From Savitreella phatthalungensis (lineage: Eukaryota): a stretch of DNA of 64,000 bases. Positions 10,491 through 22,390 of the stretch are shown piece by piece; positions within the stretch are counted from its first letter, which is position 1, and every line of letters begins with the position of its first letter. A program made the position numbers and the translations under genes. The stretch spans positions 62,001-126,000 of the forward strand of contig AP039711.1 of NCBI GenBank assembly GCA_051599415.1, in the 5' to 3' direction. The notes beneath the pieces were generated by a model. That model saw only the letters and a program-made list of their open reading frames with translations, searched no databases and was not told where the DNA came from.

Positions 10491-11732
10491 TCACGGACGT
10501 AGGACGGTGATTCCACCGTTCCTCAACTCTTTCGTGAATGCTTCTCTCGCAAGGTGGATATGCCTACCGATGAGGACGACCTTGGACATCCCTTTACCCT
10601 CTTCCGCCAGCAGCGTCTCCTTTGGATCGAGAGCGACGAGCTCGTAGACGTCTCTGACTGCCTGGAGGATGAACGCCTTGCCGTCCTCCACATAAATCAA
10701 CCCTTTCGCTCGCAGCACCTCGTACTGCCCCTGATCCCCGTCGACAAATCCACGCCACAGCACCGCCCTGATCGCCTCCTCGACCACCCCCTCCACACTC
10801 GCCACCGCCCCAAATCGCACAGTCACCGTCGCCACATCAGTCGCATGCCCCACCGACACAGCTTTACCATCAGCCTGAGCTAGCACCCTGTCCTGCAGCT
10901 TCTGTGCGAGCCTTGCTGGCGTGTAGGCGTGTATTCCGAGTAGATTAGGTAGATCGACGTTTCCGAATTGTGCAGTGACGATGTTTGCTGCTGGTGCGAG
11001 TGCGCTTGCGATTTCATGTGCGTGGGCGAGGGTGGATGGTGAGAGGAGGTCTGCCTTGTTGAGGACGAGTGTGTCTGCGATGGCGATTTGTGCGAGGGCG
11101 AGGGATGCGTCTTTGGAGAGGATGGTCTGTTGGAGGTAGGGGGCGTCGACAACTGTAACGATGCCGTCGAGTGTGAGGGTTGGTACGAGGACGTCGTCTA
11201 GCCAGAAGAGGTTGGCGACGCGGGATGGGTCTGCCAGGCCCGTTGTCTCGACCACGATCGCGTCCAGCACCTTCCCGCGAGAGATCAGCTCCTCTAGCCC
11301 ACGGATCGCTCCGTCCTTCATCGTGCAGCACAGGCATCCGTTCCCGAGCTCGACCCAGTCTTCCACGAGCGGACCACGAGAGTCGCCTGTGGATGAGGTC
11401 GAACTGGCGAGTGAGAGCTGACGCTCGATCTCCGACGATTCTCCAAACTCGTTCAGTACTACTGCAATCTTCAGCTTGTGGTCGTTCGACGTCAGCAGGT
11501 AGTTCAGTAATGTCGACTTGCCTGCGCCCAGGAATCCTGTCACGATTGTTACAGGTACTTTCCGAGTGGGTTCTGCTGGAGACGGCCCGGGAGCTGCCGT
11601 TGGTGCGGGAGGAGACGGAGGACGAGGAGGAGATGGTGCTGTCTGAGCAGCCAGGGTGATGTGAAAATCATCAACAGCCTCGATATCTATTAGCTCAGGT
11701 ATCTGTTCATCGGCATCTTCTGTATCGTCCAT
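10491..11732 (-). CDS. ZNG1: CobW/COG0523 G3E GTPase zinc metallochaperone (Zng1-like)
   Basis: GFLGAGKS P-loop, [23 protein letters not shown], CobW_C R.KG motif, N-terminal IPELIDI motif. Confidence 0.88.
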   Translation of the reverse strand: MDDTEDADEQIPELIDIEAVDDFHITLAAQTAPSPPRPPSPPAPTAAPGPSPAEPTRKVPVTIVTGFLGAGKSTLLNYLLTSNDHKLKIAVVLNEFGESSEIERQLSLASSTSSTGDSRGPLVEDWVELGNGCLCCTMKDGAIRGLEELISRGKVLDAIVVETTGLADPSRVANLFWLDDVLVPTLTLDGIVTVVDAPYLQQTILSKDASLALAQIAIADTLVLNKADLLSPSTLAHAHEIASALAPAANIVTAQFGNVDLPNLLGIHAYTPARLAQKLQDRVLAQADGKAVSVGHATDVATVTVRFGAVASVEGVVEEAIRAVLWRGFVDGDQGQYEVLRAKGLIYVEDGKAFILQAVRDVYELVALDPKETLLAEEGKGMSKVVLIGRHIHLAREAFTKELRNGGITVLRP

Positions 11733-11977
11733 TCTCGAGTGAGTGCCAGCGACGACGTGATGTGACGTTGCAGGACTTCAAGGGAAGCTCGGGTTCTCGT
11801 ACTACTGCATACGCATAGGTGTACGTGAGTGTGGAGAAGGATGCTATTTTTAAATTTAAGTTGTACTATGGTGTTTTGTGCTAGGTCGTAAGGACGACAG
11901 AGAATTGAGAGACCGCTCTGAACGATGGCTAGATGTATCCTGCCTCTGTGAAAGAGAACTTGGATGACTGATGAGGT

Positions 11978-14134
11978 CTACTGCGGTTGTTGGCCACCGA
12001 GTGTAGGGGTTATGGGTCCGAGGTCAGAGTTCTCCCTGATCTTCTGCCCAGGCAGGTTCTTCAGCGTGAGCGGGAACGGGTAGGTCTGTCTGTCGTCTTC
12101 GTCGTCTGTCTCTTCTGGAAGCTTGTAGGAGATGTAGTCTTCCGTGTTGAGGCCTTGGAGTCCCTCTTGGAGGGAGCCGAGGTCGCCTGGGGTCATGCTG
12201 CCATTGCGGAATCTTGGAGAGGCCGGAGCGGACAGAGGACGAGGCACCTTGATCTGCGCGCTGGCAAAGTCGTCTTCTGCATCGCCTGTGGCGCCCTCGG
12301 CGAATGACGAAGGGTATGCCCGACGGAGTGCAAGCTGACGGGCCTTCATGTACTCGAGACCCATCCGCTTCCAGTCGAGGAAGTCAGAAAGACGTTCGCA
12401 TCTGTTGCGCTGGTTGATACGCTGCCTGCGGGATTTCTTTGTGAAGCCGTACATGATCTCGGTCAGTTGTTCGAGCGACTCGTCTACGCTCTTCATTCGC
12501 CGGTCGACGATGTAGATGCCGTAGTCCGAAGGGTTCTCGATCAAGTCCTCCATATAGCAGCCGAATCCAGACAGGTTGGTCGTGATCGACGGTACACCCA
12601 TGACCGTGCACTCTGCAGGCGTGTATCCCCATGGCTCGTAGTAAGATGGGAAGATGCCGAGATGGGTACCCCGGACAAAGTCGTCGTAGTCGAGCGGCAG
12701 GAGCGGGTTGTTTGAGTTAAGGAACTCTGGATGGAAGATGATCTTGACACGGTCGCTCTCGTGGTTGAAGAGCTGGACGCGGCGAATCTGTCCCAGAATC
12801 GGGTCCTCTCCGTCGTTGAGCATGTTGTGGGTGACGACTGGTGGGAGGGAGTCACGCTTGAGTGCAAAGACACGACGCTTCAGGAGGATTTTCTCCTGAG
12901 GGGTCATGAGGTCTGAAGCCTCTGGAATCTCCGACCCAGCCTTGCCATCGTAGCGTGAAGCCTTGTCGAACAGCCTGCGGCCCATCTCCTTCTGAATCTG
13001 CTCGACGGTGGATTCGAGCGCACGCGTAACGGCTTGACCCTTGAGTGCCTCGACAGAGTAGGAGGTCGTCTTGGCCGGCATGATGATGAAAGCAACGACG
13101 GTCTGTTTGCTGCCATTCACCTTCATCCTGTGGTTGAGCCTGGCCATGGACTCGATGAACATGTCCACGCCCTTGTTACGGAATTCGTACCTGCCTGCGG
13201 TGAAGAAGTAGAGGGTGTTGTCGAGGTCGAAATCAAAGTGACCGTAGAAGTGTCCCCTGACAAAGTCGTTGATCTTGGCCTTTGCAGTCTGGTGGAGGTT
13301 CTGGAACTCGTGCATTGCCGAGAATTTGACGACGTTCATGCCGTTGGGGAGAACGCCGTCTGGCTTGCGCTTCAGCAGGTGCTCGCTCTCGTATGCAGTG
13401 ATGTGAGAGACGGTGGTGAAGACGTCTGCTGCGTGCGCTGCCGCCCGCTCGATGCAATACCGGTGGTAGATGCCGCGCTTGCCGGCCTCGTGATCGACAT
13501 CGAAGTGCTGGAGGTTGTTGTAGAAGTCAACAGAACCAGCACAGAGGTATCGTCCGAGCAGGGTCGCGTGGGTGGTGAAGATGGTGGTGACATCGATCCT
13601 GCGCTTCCTGCACAGCGGCAGAGCCACGCCTGCAAGCCACTCGTGGAAGTGTGCGACAATGGCCCTTTCGCGCTCCTGGGCTGCAAACTCGCCCAGGAAC
13701 CAGGCGACCAGATATCCGAACAGGATTGTCTCGTTTGTCTCGGAGTCACTGTCAGGGGAAGGGATTCCGGCGGTCGACCAGAGATCACCCTTCCACTCGT
13801 TCAGCCACTGCCAGGCGGAGTTGAGCTCGAATAGGAGAACACGAGGTGCTCCCTCGATCAGCCAGCGTCCATAGAGATATCGAACTCCACGTGACTCCAT
13901 AGACTTCAGGGTCGCATGGAGGGCTGGCTGCGAGTCTGTCGGCAGCTCTTCGACCTCGATCAGGTTCTGTGCGAGGGAGTGAAGTCTGCCGATGGCTACA
14001 TACCTGTCGTACGGATACTCTGCAGCTGTGACGGGTGCCTTGCTCTTGAGGACGGAGTAGATGCCACCTACTTTGTTGGCTACCTCTGTGGCTACCTCGA
14101 AGAGGATATGGTTGGCCACGTCTCTCGAGGACAT
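11978..14134 (-). CDS. GSY1: Glycogen synthase (GT3)
   Basis: [66 protein letters not shown]-terminal RPLSAP.SP phosphosites. ATG at 14134. Confidence 0.97.
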   Translation of the reverse strand: MSSRDVANHILFEVATEVANKVGGIYSVLKSKAPVTAAEYPYDRYVAIGRLHSLAQNLIEVEELPTDSQPALHATLKSMESRGVRYLYGRWLIEGAPRVLLFELNSAWQWLNEWKGDLWSTAGIPSPDSDSETNETILFGYLVAWFLGEFAAQERERAIVAHFHEWLAGVALPLCRKRRIDVTTIFTTHATLLGRYLCAGSVDFYNNLQHFDVDHEAGKRGIYHRYCIERAAAHAADVFTTVSHITAYESEHLLKRKPDGVLPNGMNVVKFSAMHEFQNLHQTAKAKINDFVRGHFYGHFDFDLDNTLYFFTAGRYEFRNKGVDMFIESMARLNHRMKVNGSKQTVVAFIIMPAKTTSYSVEALKGQAVTRALESTVEQIQKEMGRRLFDKASRYDGKAGSEIPEASDLMTPQEKILLKRRVFALKRDSLPPVVTHNMLNDGEDPILGQIRRVQLFNHESDRVKIIFHPEFLNSNNPLLPLDYDDFVRGTHLGIFPSYYEPWGYTPAECTVMGVPSITTNLSGFGCYMEDLIENPSDYGIYIVDRRMKSVDESLEQLTEIMYGFTKKSRRQRINQRNRCERLSDFLDWKRMGLEYMKARQLALRRAYPSSFAEGATGDAEDDFASAQIKVPRPLSAPASPRFRNGSMTPGDLGSLQEGLQGLNTEDYISYKLPEETDDEDDRQTYPFPLTLKNLPGQKIRENSDLGPITPTLGGQQPQ

Positions 14135-14560
14135 CTTGAGGCCTGTCTTGATCTCTGTCTCTTGATGTGACTCTAGAATTTGACTTGATATGACCAAGTG
14201 ACTTGACCTCTTTGTGTGTGAGATGGGTTGTGAGAATGAGTGGGGGTAAGGGTTGAAGATGTCAAAAGGAGAGCAGAAGAGTAAGTGTTCTCTGGTTCGT
14301 CTTTCGGGTGGGTTGCAGTGGTTGCAGTGGTAGCAGTGGTAGCGCTGGTGGTGGATCGGTGGTGTATGGAGGAGTTGCGGCCGTTGACGATTTGCGTTGC
14401 GCTTCTCTGGTTGGTTGAAGGTCGGTGGCTAAAATTTGATCAAAGGATTCAGATCCAGGTCGAGGATTCAGCCTTAGGAGAAGACGGCCAGGTTCAGAGT
14501 CAGAGTTAGAGTCAGGTTCCAGGTTCTTAGGCAGACTCAGATTCTAGCTCACGCTCGAGC

Positions 14561-14601
14561 TCAGGTTCAGGTTCAGGTTCAGGTTCGGGTTCCAGGTTCA
14601 G
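14561..14601. repeat. (TCAGGT)n hexamer repeat upstream of glycogen synthase
   Basis: tcaggttcaggttcaggttcaggttcgggttccaggttcag. Confidence 0.8.
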
Positions 14602-16264
14602 ATTGACGCCCTGGAGCAGCTGGAGATTTGTGGAGTGTTGAGTGGAGACTGGCGTGGAGGGCCGAATGGATGAATGAATCTCCCTCAAATGAGGCAGTAG
14701 ATGGTCCTGGCTGCAGGTTCTAGCTTCTGATGCGATGGTGATGGTGGTGCCGCTTAATTCAATACAAGAGAGGGAACGCTTGCCCTTGACCTGCTCTAAA
14801 ATGATAGGTTCAAAAGACAGTCTTCAGTGGACTCGCGAGATCTGTCAGCACTCAGAGAAATCGGATGCTTCAAACTTTAAGACCTGGGAGAAGAATTGTT
14901 TGCAGGCTCAGAAGCTGGGGATCGAATATCGATTTGTTCAAAGGACGAAAGGTATCCTCCTCCTGGCCTGGATATAAGTGCAACTGGCGCCTGATTTATA
15001 TCTGACCAGCGTAGGAATAGACTTCTGCTCACTGTCTTCTGAGGTTGTTCTCATTTGCGCTGACAATTCACGGGCGCTTCATACTGGGAGGATACTTCTG
15101 TGTGAGCACGCCTCCAGTGCTGATGGATATGTATACGGTGTGGAGAGTCTCTTGTGAGCATGCAGTCTGGAGTATCTTCAATTAATATATTGACGCTGAA
15201 ACGCCTACCGGTCATCACCTGATTTCTGCTGGACTCTGTTTTGGGCCGAGAGTGATCAAAAGGTGGCGTCATGAACCCGTGATTCGGTTCAGTCGACCGC
15301 GTATTTAGGCTCTCCCGCGTGATCAATTTTCTGCCCAGCTCAATTTCTTCGGCTGCAGATTCTGCACTTTTGCTTTTTAGCCGAGACTTCGATCAATCTG
15401 AGCCGGATGAAAGAGTTCGAAAACTCCACTGCGGATAGATTTGAGAGACTTTGAAACGGTCAAAATGCCACGGGCTGCAACGAATCTCCATCTTATCAAG
15501 CACAGATACTTATGAACCAGAGGGATGCATGAAAAGAGCGTCTCGTGGCTGGCAAAAGTCGACTTGTACCTGGTCTAGCTTCAGCAATACGCGGGGAAAG
15601 TAAGCACGGGATATACCCTGATTGGTGAGTATTCTGTAGCTATACTTCCAGCTATACTTCAGCTATACTGTAATTTGCTGGAAATGCTATGCATATATTG
15701 CATCACCCTGCGCATCTTTCGAGCATGGCGCGATCGAGTAAAGCATTTTCGTCCGGTGGTCAAATCAGGTTAAATCACGTTTTCTCATCGGCTGTCTCCG
15801 TCCACTCGCCACTCGTCCTGCTTCATCCAAACCTGGATGGTCGCTGTGACTTTTGACGCCAACTCTGACTCCCTTCTCAAACTGTCGTCTTGTGCTACTG
15901 TTCGTGCTCGGTCTATGTCATCAAGACTGCCTGCGCTGATGACTCTACCAAGTCAGCTGAGTTCGTGGTTACTGGTGACTAGATATCACCAACTCGTGTG
16001 CTAATCAGCAAATGAAGCATGATTGCTAGCTGCATGTCTGCATGCCCGGCTAAAGTGCGCAAGGCATACAGCACAGCATGACCAGGATATCAGAATTCTG
16101 CATGCATGATGCGCAAAGCAGGTATTCACTGAGGTTGCATCACAATCTACGTTCTAAATATAGCCAGCTCAAGTTCGGTTTCCCATCTTGATCGAACGCC
16201 ACCACCGTTTCACATTGGCGAGCAAATAAGCATATGAGCACGTGATGTTTCGTGTTCATTGTCC

Positions 16265-16353
16265 ACGCGTTGCTCGCAGATCTCTCCAGCCTGTCGTTGT
16301 TCGTGTAGACTGCCTACTTGCAAACTCAGCATCACACGTGAACAGCCACGCGT
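16265..16353. promoter_or_regulatory. Two MCB-like ACGCGT elements plus CACGTG boxes upstream of the Zip2-like gene
   Basis: ACGCGT at 16265-16270 and 16348-16353; CACGTG near 16240 and 16335. Confidence 0.4.
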
Positions 16354-16599
16354 CGCTTGGACGAACGCTGACTCATTGATCACTCAACCTGACCTCTTGA
16401 TCACTCAATGAGTGATCGGCTCATCATCATACAAGTGCGTTCCACCATATTCGTCATCAATCAAACGTCTTCAACTTCATGTATCCTCCATGATTGCGTC
16501 GTCCGCACTAGTGATTCATAGACACGTCATCATCACTGTCCGCTCACCCACCGCTTATGATATCCAAGGGATTACGAGAGGGATATATTTACTTTCAGC

Positions 16600-19068
16600 A
16601 TGCCATCAACAGAGTATTCTTCATGCAGCACAGACAGACCCATCATCGATACTGACGGTCGAGAGACTGACCACAATGCGGTATTCTTCCGTCATTACCC
16701 AAGCACTTTCCGTGAATTTCTCCTTCAGTGCAGCAGGCACGCTGTTCAAAGGCTCTTCTGGCTCCGTTCTAGAGGGCTTGCTTGTCCACTCATTAATATC
16801 ACCATGCCTCTGCCAGAACTCGAATATGGAGCTCCGATGATTCGTTCTGTGTTCGAAGCTCAGCAGATCTTCCTACGCCAGCTCGTCTCTGAGCAGCTAT
16901 CCCTGAGTCGCAGCGCAGCACACTTGCTGCGACCTCATGTCGAGATACCACTACATACAGAAATACCTGATCCTATACAGGTCCAGCTGATGAGTTTCGA
17001 ACAACCAAATTTGCTCGACCTGGTCGATCGAGGCAAGCAATGGACATTCCCGGTGCCAAAAGACCGAGCAGAAGTTAATTTGGGTGGGCTAGAAGACAGT
17101 GCACGAAGCTTTGCTCCTTCAGTCCCCCAACGTCTTGCCGTGCTCGTTCATGAGCCACTTGCGGTGAATAGGAAGGCCGTCGAGTTGCTTCAGACAGCTG
17201 TCGCCAGCCCATCATCCGGTTCTCTGGACATCAATATCTTCGGTAAACAGCCCCATCCGATCCTCACATGCATGCCGCCTCCAAACATTGCCCTTGCGGC
17301 TATTCCGCTTGAATCTGAACCTGAACAAGAACCATCAGAAGTCACGTACGAGGTTCCGCGAGATGATTTTGTCGTCACAGCAGACATCCAAGCACAGATC
17401 AATCGCAGTCTGACTGCCTGGAAAACGTGTAAAACAGAGAACTACGTGGCTCAAGTCGAGCTTCCTGATCCGGCGCCTCAACCCCTTCTCACACAAGACA
17501 ATATCAATCTTTTCAGTCCCATGCCTCTGCTCGAGCTAGAACCCTCTCCAGAACCGCCTGCTCTACCGACGCTACATGAGCTCGCTCAGGAAACCATGGG
17601 TGAGAGTGATCTAATAAGGCCGCCAAGTTTACCGGACACGCCACCACTCGTCGACACGCTGAAAGCTGCCTACGGCACACGCAGAGAGATGCTCGCCAAG
17701 GTGCACGAAAAGTACATTGACACGAGAGATTTGAGCAAGCGCCTGGTGTGGCGACTGTTCAAGCCTGATCTTGAGAGACCTGATCTCAGCGAGCAGGTGG
17801 ACGGTCAACCGGAGCAGTATCTCAATAGACCCAGCTCAGCTATCGCGCAAATCGACATACCTCCAATGGCTGCAGCAGTAAGCGAGCTGTCCATATCAAT
17901 GATCGAGTCCGTGGCGGCCGCCGGTTCACCGACACTTCCCCCAGTCGCCGCGCTTGACGCCTATCCATCTCCTAAAGACACCATCCAGCGGTCGCAGCAC
18001 AGTGGCAAACGTGCCAGATCGTCATCACCGCTTCCACTCCGGCAGCTTTCGAAAGCATCCGTTGAGGCAGACTCCAGTACGAGCATGGACTCGCTTCTGC
18101 CGTCGTACTCAAATAAGATCTTGGCTGGGGCTCCAGATCAACAATTGTCAAACAAGAGAGCGCGACACGAGAGTCTTGAGGACGAGCTTGTGAGAAAATC
18201 ACCGGGACCGATTGATGAGTGGCGGGAACGGCAGAAGGTGCTAATTGGCGAACTTCTAAACCGACCAACGACTAGGTCAACAGGATGCTGTGTGATAAAC
18301 AGTACCGCCCTGAAGCGAACACGTCTCCTTGGCGAGTTGAGAAAAGCGTTTCCCAAGCTAGAGCGTCACGAACGTGATTATGATCCACTTGCTGTCGCAG
18401 ATCTGACACCGAGCTCCTTCTCGGGCGTCCTGTTTGCTGACAAGCTAGAGAAATCGGCATGTGCAAGACTGGCGTGCATTGTGCACAAGTACATGGATCT
18501 TCTCATCGTGCTCGACATCCCTGACGATGTCCCACGCATCCTCCACATTTTTGGCCGCCTCAGACACAAAGGGCAGACATTGCAGATCGTCACGACCGCA
18601 GATGCAGCAATTCGGCTGTCCGCAGTCTGCCACTTCGTCGCTAGTGCGCTCGGGCGAGACGAGCGTAGGATTGAGTTGCCTGAAGAGGAGACGGCGAAGG
18701 AGAAGTTCCTGGTACTCACACCATTCTTTAACCCTGTTTCGGCCGCACGTGCGCTCGACGCTCTTGACGGTCGACTGTGTGATCTGCCCACGATGCCTCT
18801 GGACCACCTGCGTGCGTGGTACGGTGGACAGTATGCGCCGGGCTGGGTCGATGAGCAGTACGCGTATTGGCACTTTGACTGGCAATCAGGTGAGCAGAGC
18901 ACCGTACAGGCATCAGCACAGACAGATCCTCAGAGCGGGATTGCGCACGACGACGGCGTCGTCTACCGCCGCATGTACACTCATGTCGCCGTACAACCGC
19001 CTGGACGACCAGACTCTCCGGAACTCGACTACGCCGCGGAATCACCACTGCGAGAGCACGATGCCTGA
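16600..19068 (+). CDS. Large protein with C-terminal XPF/ERCC4-like and HhH/SAM-like region; probable Zip2/SHOC1-like meiotic crossover protein (start may be 16804)
   Basis: Pro-rich N-terminus. C-terminal L.RHERDY....ADLTPSSFSGVLF and ET..EKFL...FFNPVSA..AL resemble the degenerate ERCC4 and (HhH)2 regions of Zip2/SHOC1. Recognised from memory, not by search. Confidence 0.55.
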   Translation: MPSTEYSSCSTDRPIIDTDGRETDHNAVFFRHYPSTFREFLLQCSRHAVQRLFWLRSRGLACPLINITMPLPELEYGAPMIRSVFEAQQIFLRQLVSEQLSLSRSAAHLLRPHVEIPLHTEIPDPIQVQLMSFEQPNLLDLVDRGKQWTFPVPKDRAEVNLGGLEDSARSFAPSVPQRLAVLVHEPLAVNRKAVELLQTAVASPSSGSLDINIFGKQPHPILTCMPPPNIALAAIPLESEPEQEPSEVTYEVPRDDFVVTADIQAQINRSLTAWKTCKTENYVAQVELPDPAPQPLLTQDNINLFSPMPLLELEPSPEPPALPTLHELAQETMGESDLIRPPSLPDTPPLVDTLKAAYGTRREMLAKVHEKYIDTRDLSKRLVWRLFKPDLERPDLSEQVDGQPEQYLNRPSSAIAQIDIPPMAAAVSELSISMIESVAAAGSPTLPPVAALDAYPSPKDTIQRSQHSGKRARSSSPLPLRQLSKASVEADSSTSMDSLLPSYSNKILAGAPDQQLSNKRARHESLEDELVRKSPGPIDEWRERQKVLIGELLNRPTTRSTGCCVINSTALKRTRLLGELRKAFPKLERHERDYDPLAVADLTPSSFSGVLFADKLEKSACARLACIVHKYMDLLIVLDIPDDVPRILHIFGRLRHKGQTLQIVTTADAAIRLSAVCHFVASALGRDERRIELPEEETAKEKFLVLTPFFNPVSAARALDALDGRLCDLPTMPLDHLRAWYGGQYAPGWVDEQYAYWHFDWQSGEQSTVQASAQTDPQSGIAHDDGVVYRRMYTHVAVQPPGRPDSPELDYAAESPLREHDA

Positions 19069-19119
19069 AATGCTGTATTGAAGCGTATATGCTGTGTATA
19101 TGCTCGTGGGGCTAGATGT

Positions 19120-20610
19120 TCAGCCATCGACGACGCAGCCGCCATCAAGTCTGAGAACGCGATCGACTGATTTAGGAACCTCGTCTATGTGGTGGGTGAC
19201 AAAAACGAGGGCTGTATCCGGATGGAGCTCGTGATCGATGAACTTGTGGGCGAGATCGATCTGAGGTGCGTCCATGCCGGCGAAGGGCTCATCGAGGACG
19301 AGCAGGTCAGGCTTCTTGACGAGTGCTCGGAGGAGAAGGACGAGTCGCTGCTCGCCTGGCGGCAGATCGCCTAGCGTTTGATCGAGCCAAGCGCACGGGT
19401 CCCGGTGTGAGATTCCGCCAGCAAACCAGGCCACCAGCTCGTCTACCTGACGTACCCGGTCGTCTGTCACCTCAGAACGAGGTAGCGGGTGGAAGGACTC
19501 ACTCCAGGCGGACAATAGCGCCTGTCTGACAGATTGCCACCTCGGAAAGTGTCTGTGAATCTCAGGCGATGTGTGACCGACACGTCGTTGCCAGTCGTGG
19601 ACGGAGAATCCCGGACCAGGAGATCGGCCGTCGAACTTCACATCGTTGTTGTACAGCTTCGGGTGGTCGCCGAGAGCGACGGCGAGCAGCGTTGTTTTTC
19701 CGGATCCATTTGGTCCCTGGAGATGCCAGCGCGAACCAGCGTCGATCTGCCAGTTGACGCTAGACAATACGGATTTGCCCCAGTACGCAATGCTCAGATC
19801 GCGCATCTGGACTAGCGGACGACCTGACTGTGCGCGCTTCAGATTCGAGAGTGCGCGAGAAGCTTCAGCGTGACTGGACTTCCGCAGACGATCGAGGACA
19901 GGAAGGACGCTGGCAACTTCTCCAGATGCAATCGCGCAACCGTTCTCGCCGCCGAGCACGAGCATGTGTGTTGCCCAATCTGGAACGTCATCAAGCGGGC
20001 GTGTGGCCAGGACAAGAGATGTGTCGAGGTCGCCCAAGACCCGAGCGAGTGTCTTCCTTGCCGCTGGATCTAATCCGACAAACGGTTCATCCAGCAGCAG
20101 CACGCGCGGTCTAGCAACAACAGCTCTAGCCACCTGCGCTCTCCGCGTCTGTCCATTCGACAGATTCATCAGAGAGGCGTCCAACAATCTGCCTAGTCCC
20201 AACGCATTCGCTACCTTTTCCACATCCGATTCATTACTTTCGGTTGCTGCGAGTGAGAGCCAAACGCGTAGTGTCTGATCATCTTCGTCTCTACGCGAGT
20301 GGTACCTCTCGGAGAAGTATGCGGCCGCTGCAGCTGCAGCACCGTTCCCATCCCCGCCGGCAGATAACTTCTTGATCACCTGGCCAGGCCATTCCTGTGC
20401 TCCGAGGAATGGGTATTTTACGCTGAGCGGATCATCTGCAGGCACACTGCCTCGCAACACATCCAGCAACGTCGTCTTACCACTGCCCAATACACCCGTC
20501 ACTACCCATCGCTCCCGCAGATCTATCCGCAAATCGAGATCCCGGACCACAGTCCTGCCTGCTCGTGTCACAGAACACCGTGTCAGCGAAGCTAGGACCG
20601 AAGAGATCAT
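19120..20610 (-). CDS. Soluble two-NBD ABC ATPase, ModF/YDR061W-like
   Basis: Two Walker A motifs (GVLGSGKT, GPNGSGKT), LSNGQ and LPPGEQ signatures, two LDEPF Walker B motifs, no TM domain. Confidence 0.88.
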   Translation of the reverse strand: MISSVLASLTRCSVTRAGRTVVRDLDLRIDLRERWVVTGVLGSGKTTLLDVLRGSVPADDPLSVKYPFLGAQEWPGQVIKKLSAGGDGNGAAAAAAAYFSERYHSRRDEDDQTLRVWLSLAATESNESDVEKVANALGLGRLLDASLMNLSNGQTRRAQVARAVVARPRVLLLDEPFVGLDPAARKTLARVLGDLDTSLVLATRPLDDVPDWATHMLVLGGENGCAIASGEVASVLPVLDRLRKSSHAEASRALSNLKRAQSGRPLVQMRDLSIAYWGKSVLSSVNWQIDAGSRWHLQGPNGSGKTTLLAVALGDHPKLYNNDVKFDGRSPGPGFSVHDWQRRVGHTSPEIHRHFPRWQSVRQALLSAWSESFHPLPRSEVTDDRVRQVDELVAWFAGGISHRDPCAWLDQTLGDLPPGEQRLVLLLRALVKKPDLLVLDEPFAGMDAPQIDLAHKFIDHELHPDTALVFVTHHIDEVPKSVDRVLRLDGGCVVDG

Positions 20611-21118
20611 CTACAGTGGCAGAGCACTCCGACGCAGGAAGCTCGTCAGGAAGAACTCAACTCTGTCGTGATTATCGAGCCTACCACTTCGTAAAGGAGA
20701 ACTTCGAGCAAGGGTCTATCCCGTCTATCCCCACAAAATACTGCATTCACCGTTGCACAGATACAGCTACTACGTCACAAGGATGCAAAGAAGCTAGAAA
20801 TCTGAGAATTTGTCCACCTCAGCACAAACGAAGTATGGTCTAGTATATGCCAAGTCCTTCATGCTGTCGGAGAAAGGCTTGAGGGAAGGGTCTAGTATGG
20901 GTTGGCTCGGCGTTCAAGTATGTCTCGGTTGTCAAAGTATCAATGAGAGAGGATTGGAGGTGATTAACGAGAGGTGACCTCATGGGCTTACAGAGCTCGT
21001 ACCGGTGGCTCAGTACGAGATTCATTCCTTATTCATCCAATGAAGCCTGACGACAAGCTCAATTCCAGGCTAACATCGACCTGGCCCGAAGCTACATAAC
21101 TGCTGCCCGTCGCTTACC

Positions 21119-22273
21119 ATGCAACGCAGGTTCATAACTCTTTCGACCTACTTTAGAACCTTCACGTCGACTAGAGTTGCCAAGATGCCGCTCACCGTTG
21201 GCAACCCACTCGACATCTGGTCCGTCGACAAGATCCCAGATCTATCAGAGAAGACATGTGTCATCACAGGTGGCAGCGAGGGCATTGGTGCTGCCACAGT
21301 CAACTATCTGCTTCAGCACAAGGTGAAGAAGGTCTGGAATCTGTCAAACGACCCTACTAGAGACTCTGGCGCTCGCGAATTCTGGGACGAGCAAGCAAAC
21401 GAGAATGTCTCCTCTCGGGTCGAGTTTGTCGAGCTTGATCTGGGAAACTACCAGGCTGTACGTCAGGCTGCAAAGAAGATCCAGAATGCTACAGATCAAT
21501 TAGACATCCTGATCTGCAATGCGGCTATCGGCATGTACGCTGAGGACGTACCATCGAAAGATTCTCGAGAGGGTGATGGTCCATCGATTGATCGCCATTT
21601 CGCCGTCAACAACGTCGGTCACGCTGTCCTCACACAGGAACTCCTACCGCAGATCAAAGCTGCAGCACAAGCCAACAAGGATGCCAGAATCGTCTACCTC
21701 GCCAGCAACCTCCACTATTCATGTCCGAAAGAGACCTCGTTCGCATCCCTGGACGAGCTCAATAAGCCGATTGGACCGACACTCGCCTACAACCGCACAA
21801 AGATGGGCAACGTGCTTTACGTGAAGCGTCTTGCACGCGATCTCAAAGAGACCGACATCTTTGTGAATAGCGTGCACCCGGGCGTCGTCAAAACTGCTCA
21901 GCAGGACGGTGTACTCGAGACGTATGGCGGAAAGATTAAGGAAACGCTCGGTGAGACTGCCGGTGGGATTGCAGCTGGTGCGATGACAGCCGCCAACTAC
22001 ACTGCGCGTGCGCTTGGCATGAAAGATTCTCTGAGTGGCTGCCTGTCAACCCTGTACGCTGCCACAGCACCTGAAGTACGCACCAACCGATACTCTGGCG
22101 AATTCGTCGTTCCACCAGGACACGTCCAGCAGGCAGACGACCGTGCACTCGACACAGACTTCCAGGACAGATGCTACAATCTGATTCAAACCGCTATCGA
22201 CAACGACTACGGCAACGACCGAGGCAAAGACCATTCTCACGACACGCAAGCCAGAGGCAGCTCCACCATCTAG
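21119..22273 (+). CDS. Short-chain dehydrogenase/reductase (retinol DH/WWOX-like)
   Basis: TGGSEGIG, LDILICNAA, YNRTK catalytic motif, VHPGVV. Confidence 0.92.
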   Translation: MQRRFITLSTYFRTFTSTRVAKMPLTVGNPLDIWSVDKIPDLSEKTCVITGGSEGIGAATVNYLLQHKVKKVWNLSNDPTRDSGAREFWDEQANENVSSRVEFVELDLGNYQAVRQAAKKIQNATDQLDILICNAAIGMYAEDVPSKDSREGDGPSIDRHFAVNNVGHAVLTQELLPQIKAAAQANKDARIVYLASNLHYSCPKETSFASLDELNKPIGPTLAYNRTKMGNVLYVKRLARDLKETDIFVNSVHPGVVKTAQQDGVLETYGGKIKETLGETAGGIAAGAMTAANYTARALGMKDSLSGCLSTLYAATAPEVRTNRYSGEFVVPPGHVQQADDRALDTDFQDRCYNLIQTAIDNDYGNDRGKDHSHDTQARGSSTI

Positions 22274-22390
22274 TCTCCATCGCTCACGTTTAAGGCCACG
22301 TCATCTCCGACCAGAGTCCTTCAACCATAACGACCCTATCGTACTCTTTCGAAAGTATCTCATTCTCCTGTGCATCTCGCCGTCTAAAGT

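Noticed and set aside
14700..16200. Short ORFs and intron-like signals between glycogen synthase and the Zip2-like gene
   Set aside because: No coherent gene model or recognisable product could be built.
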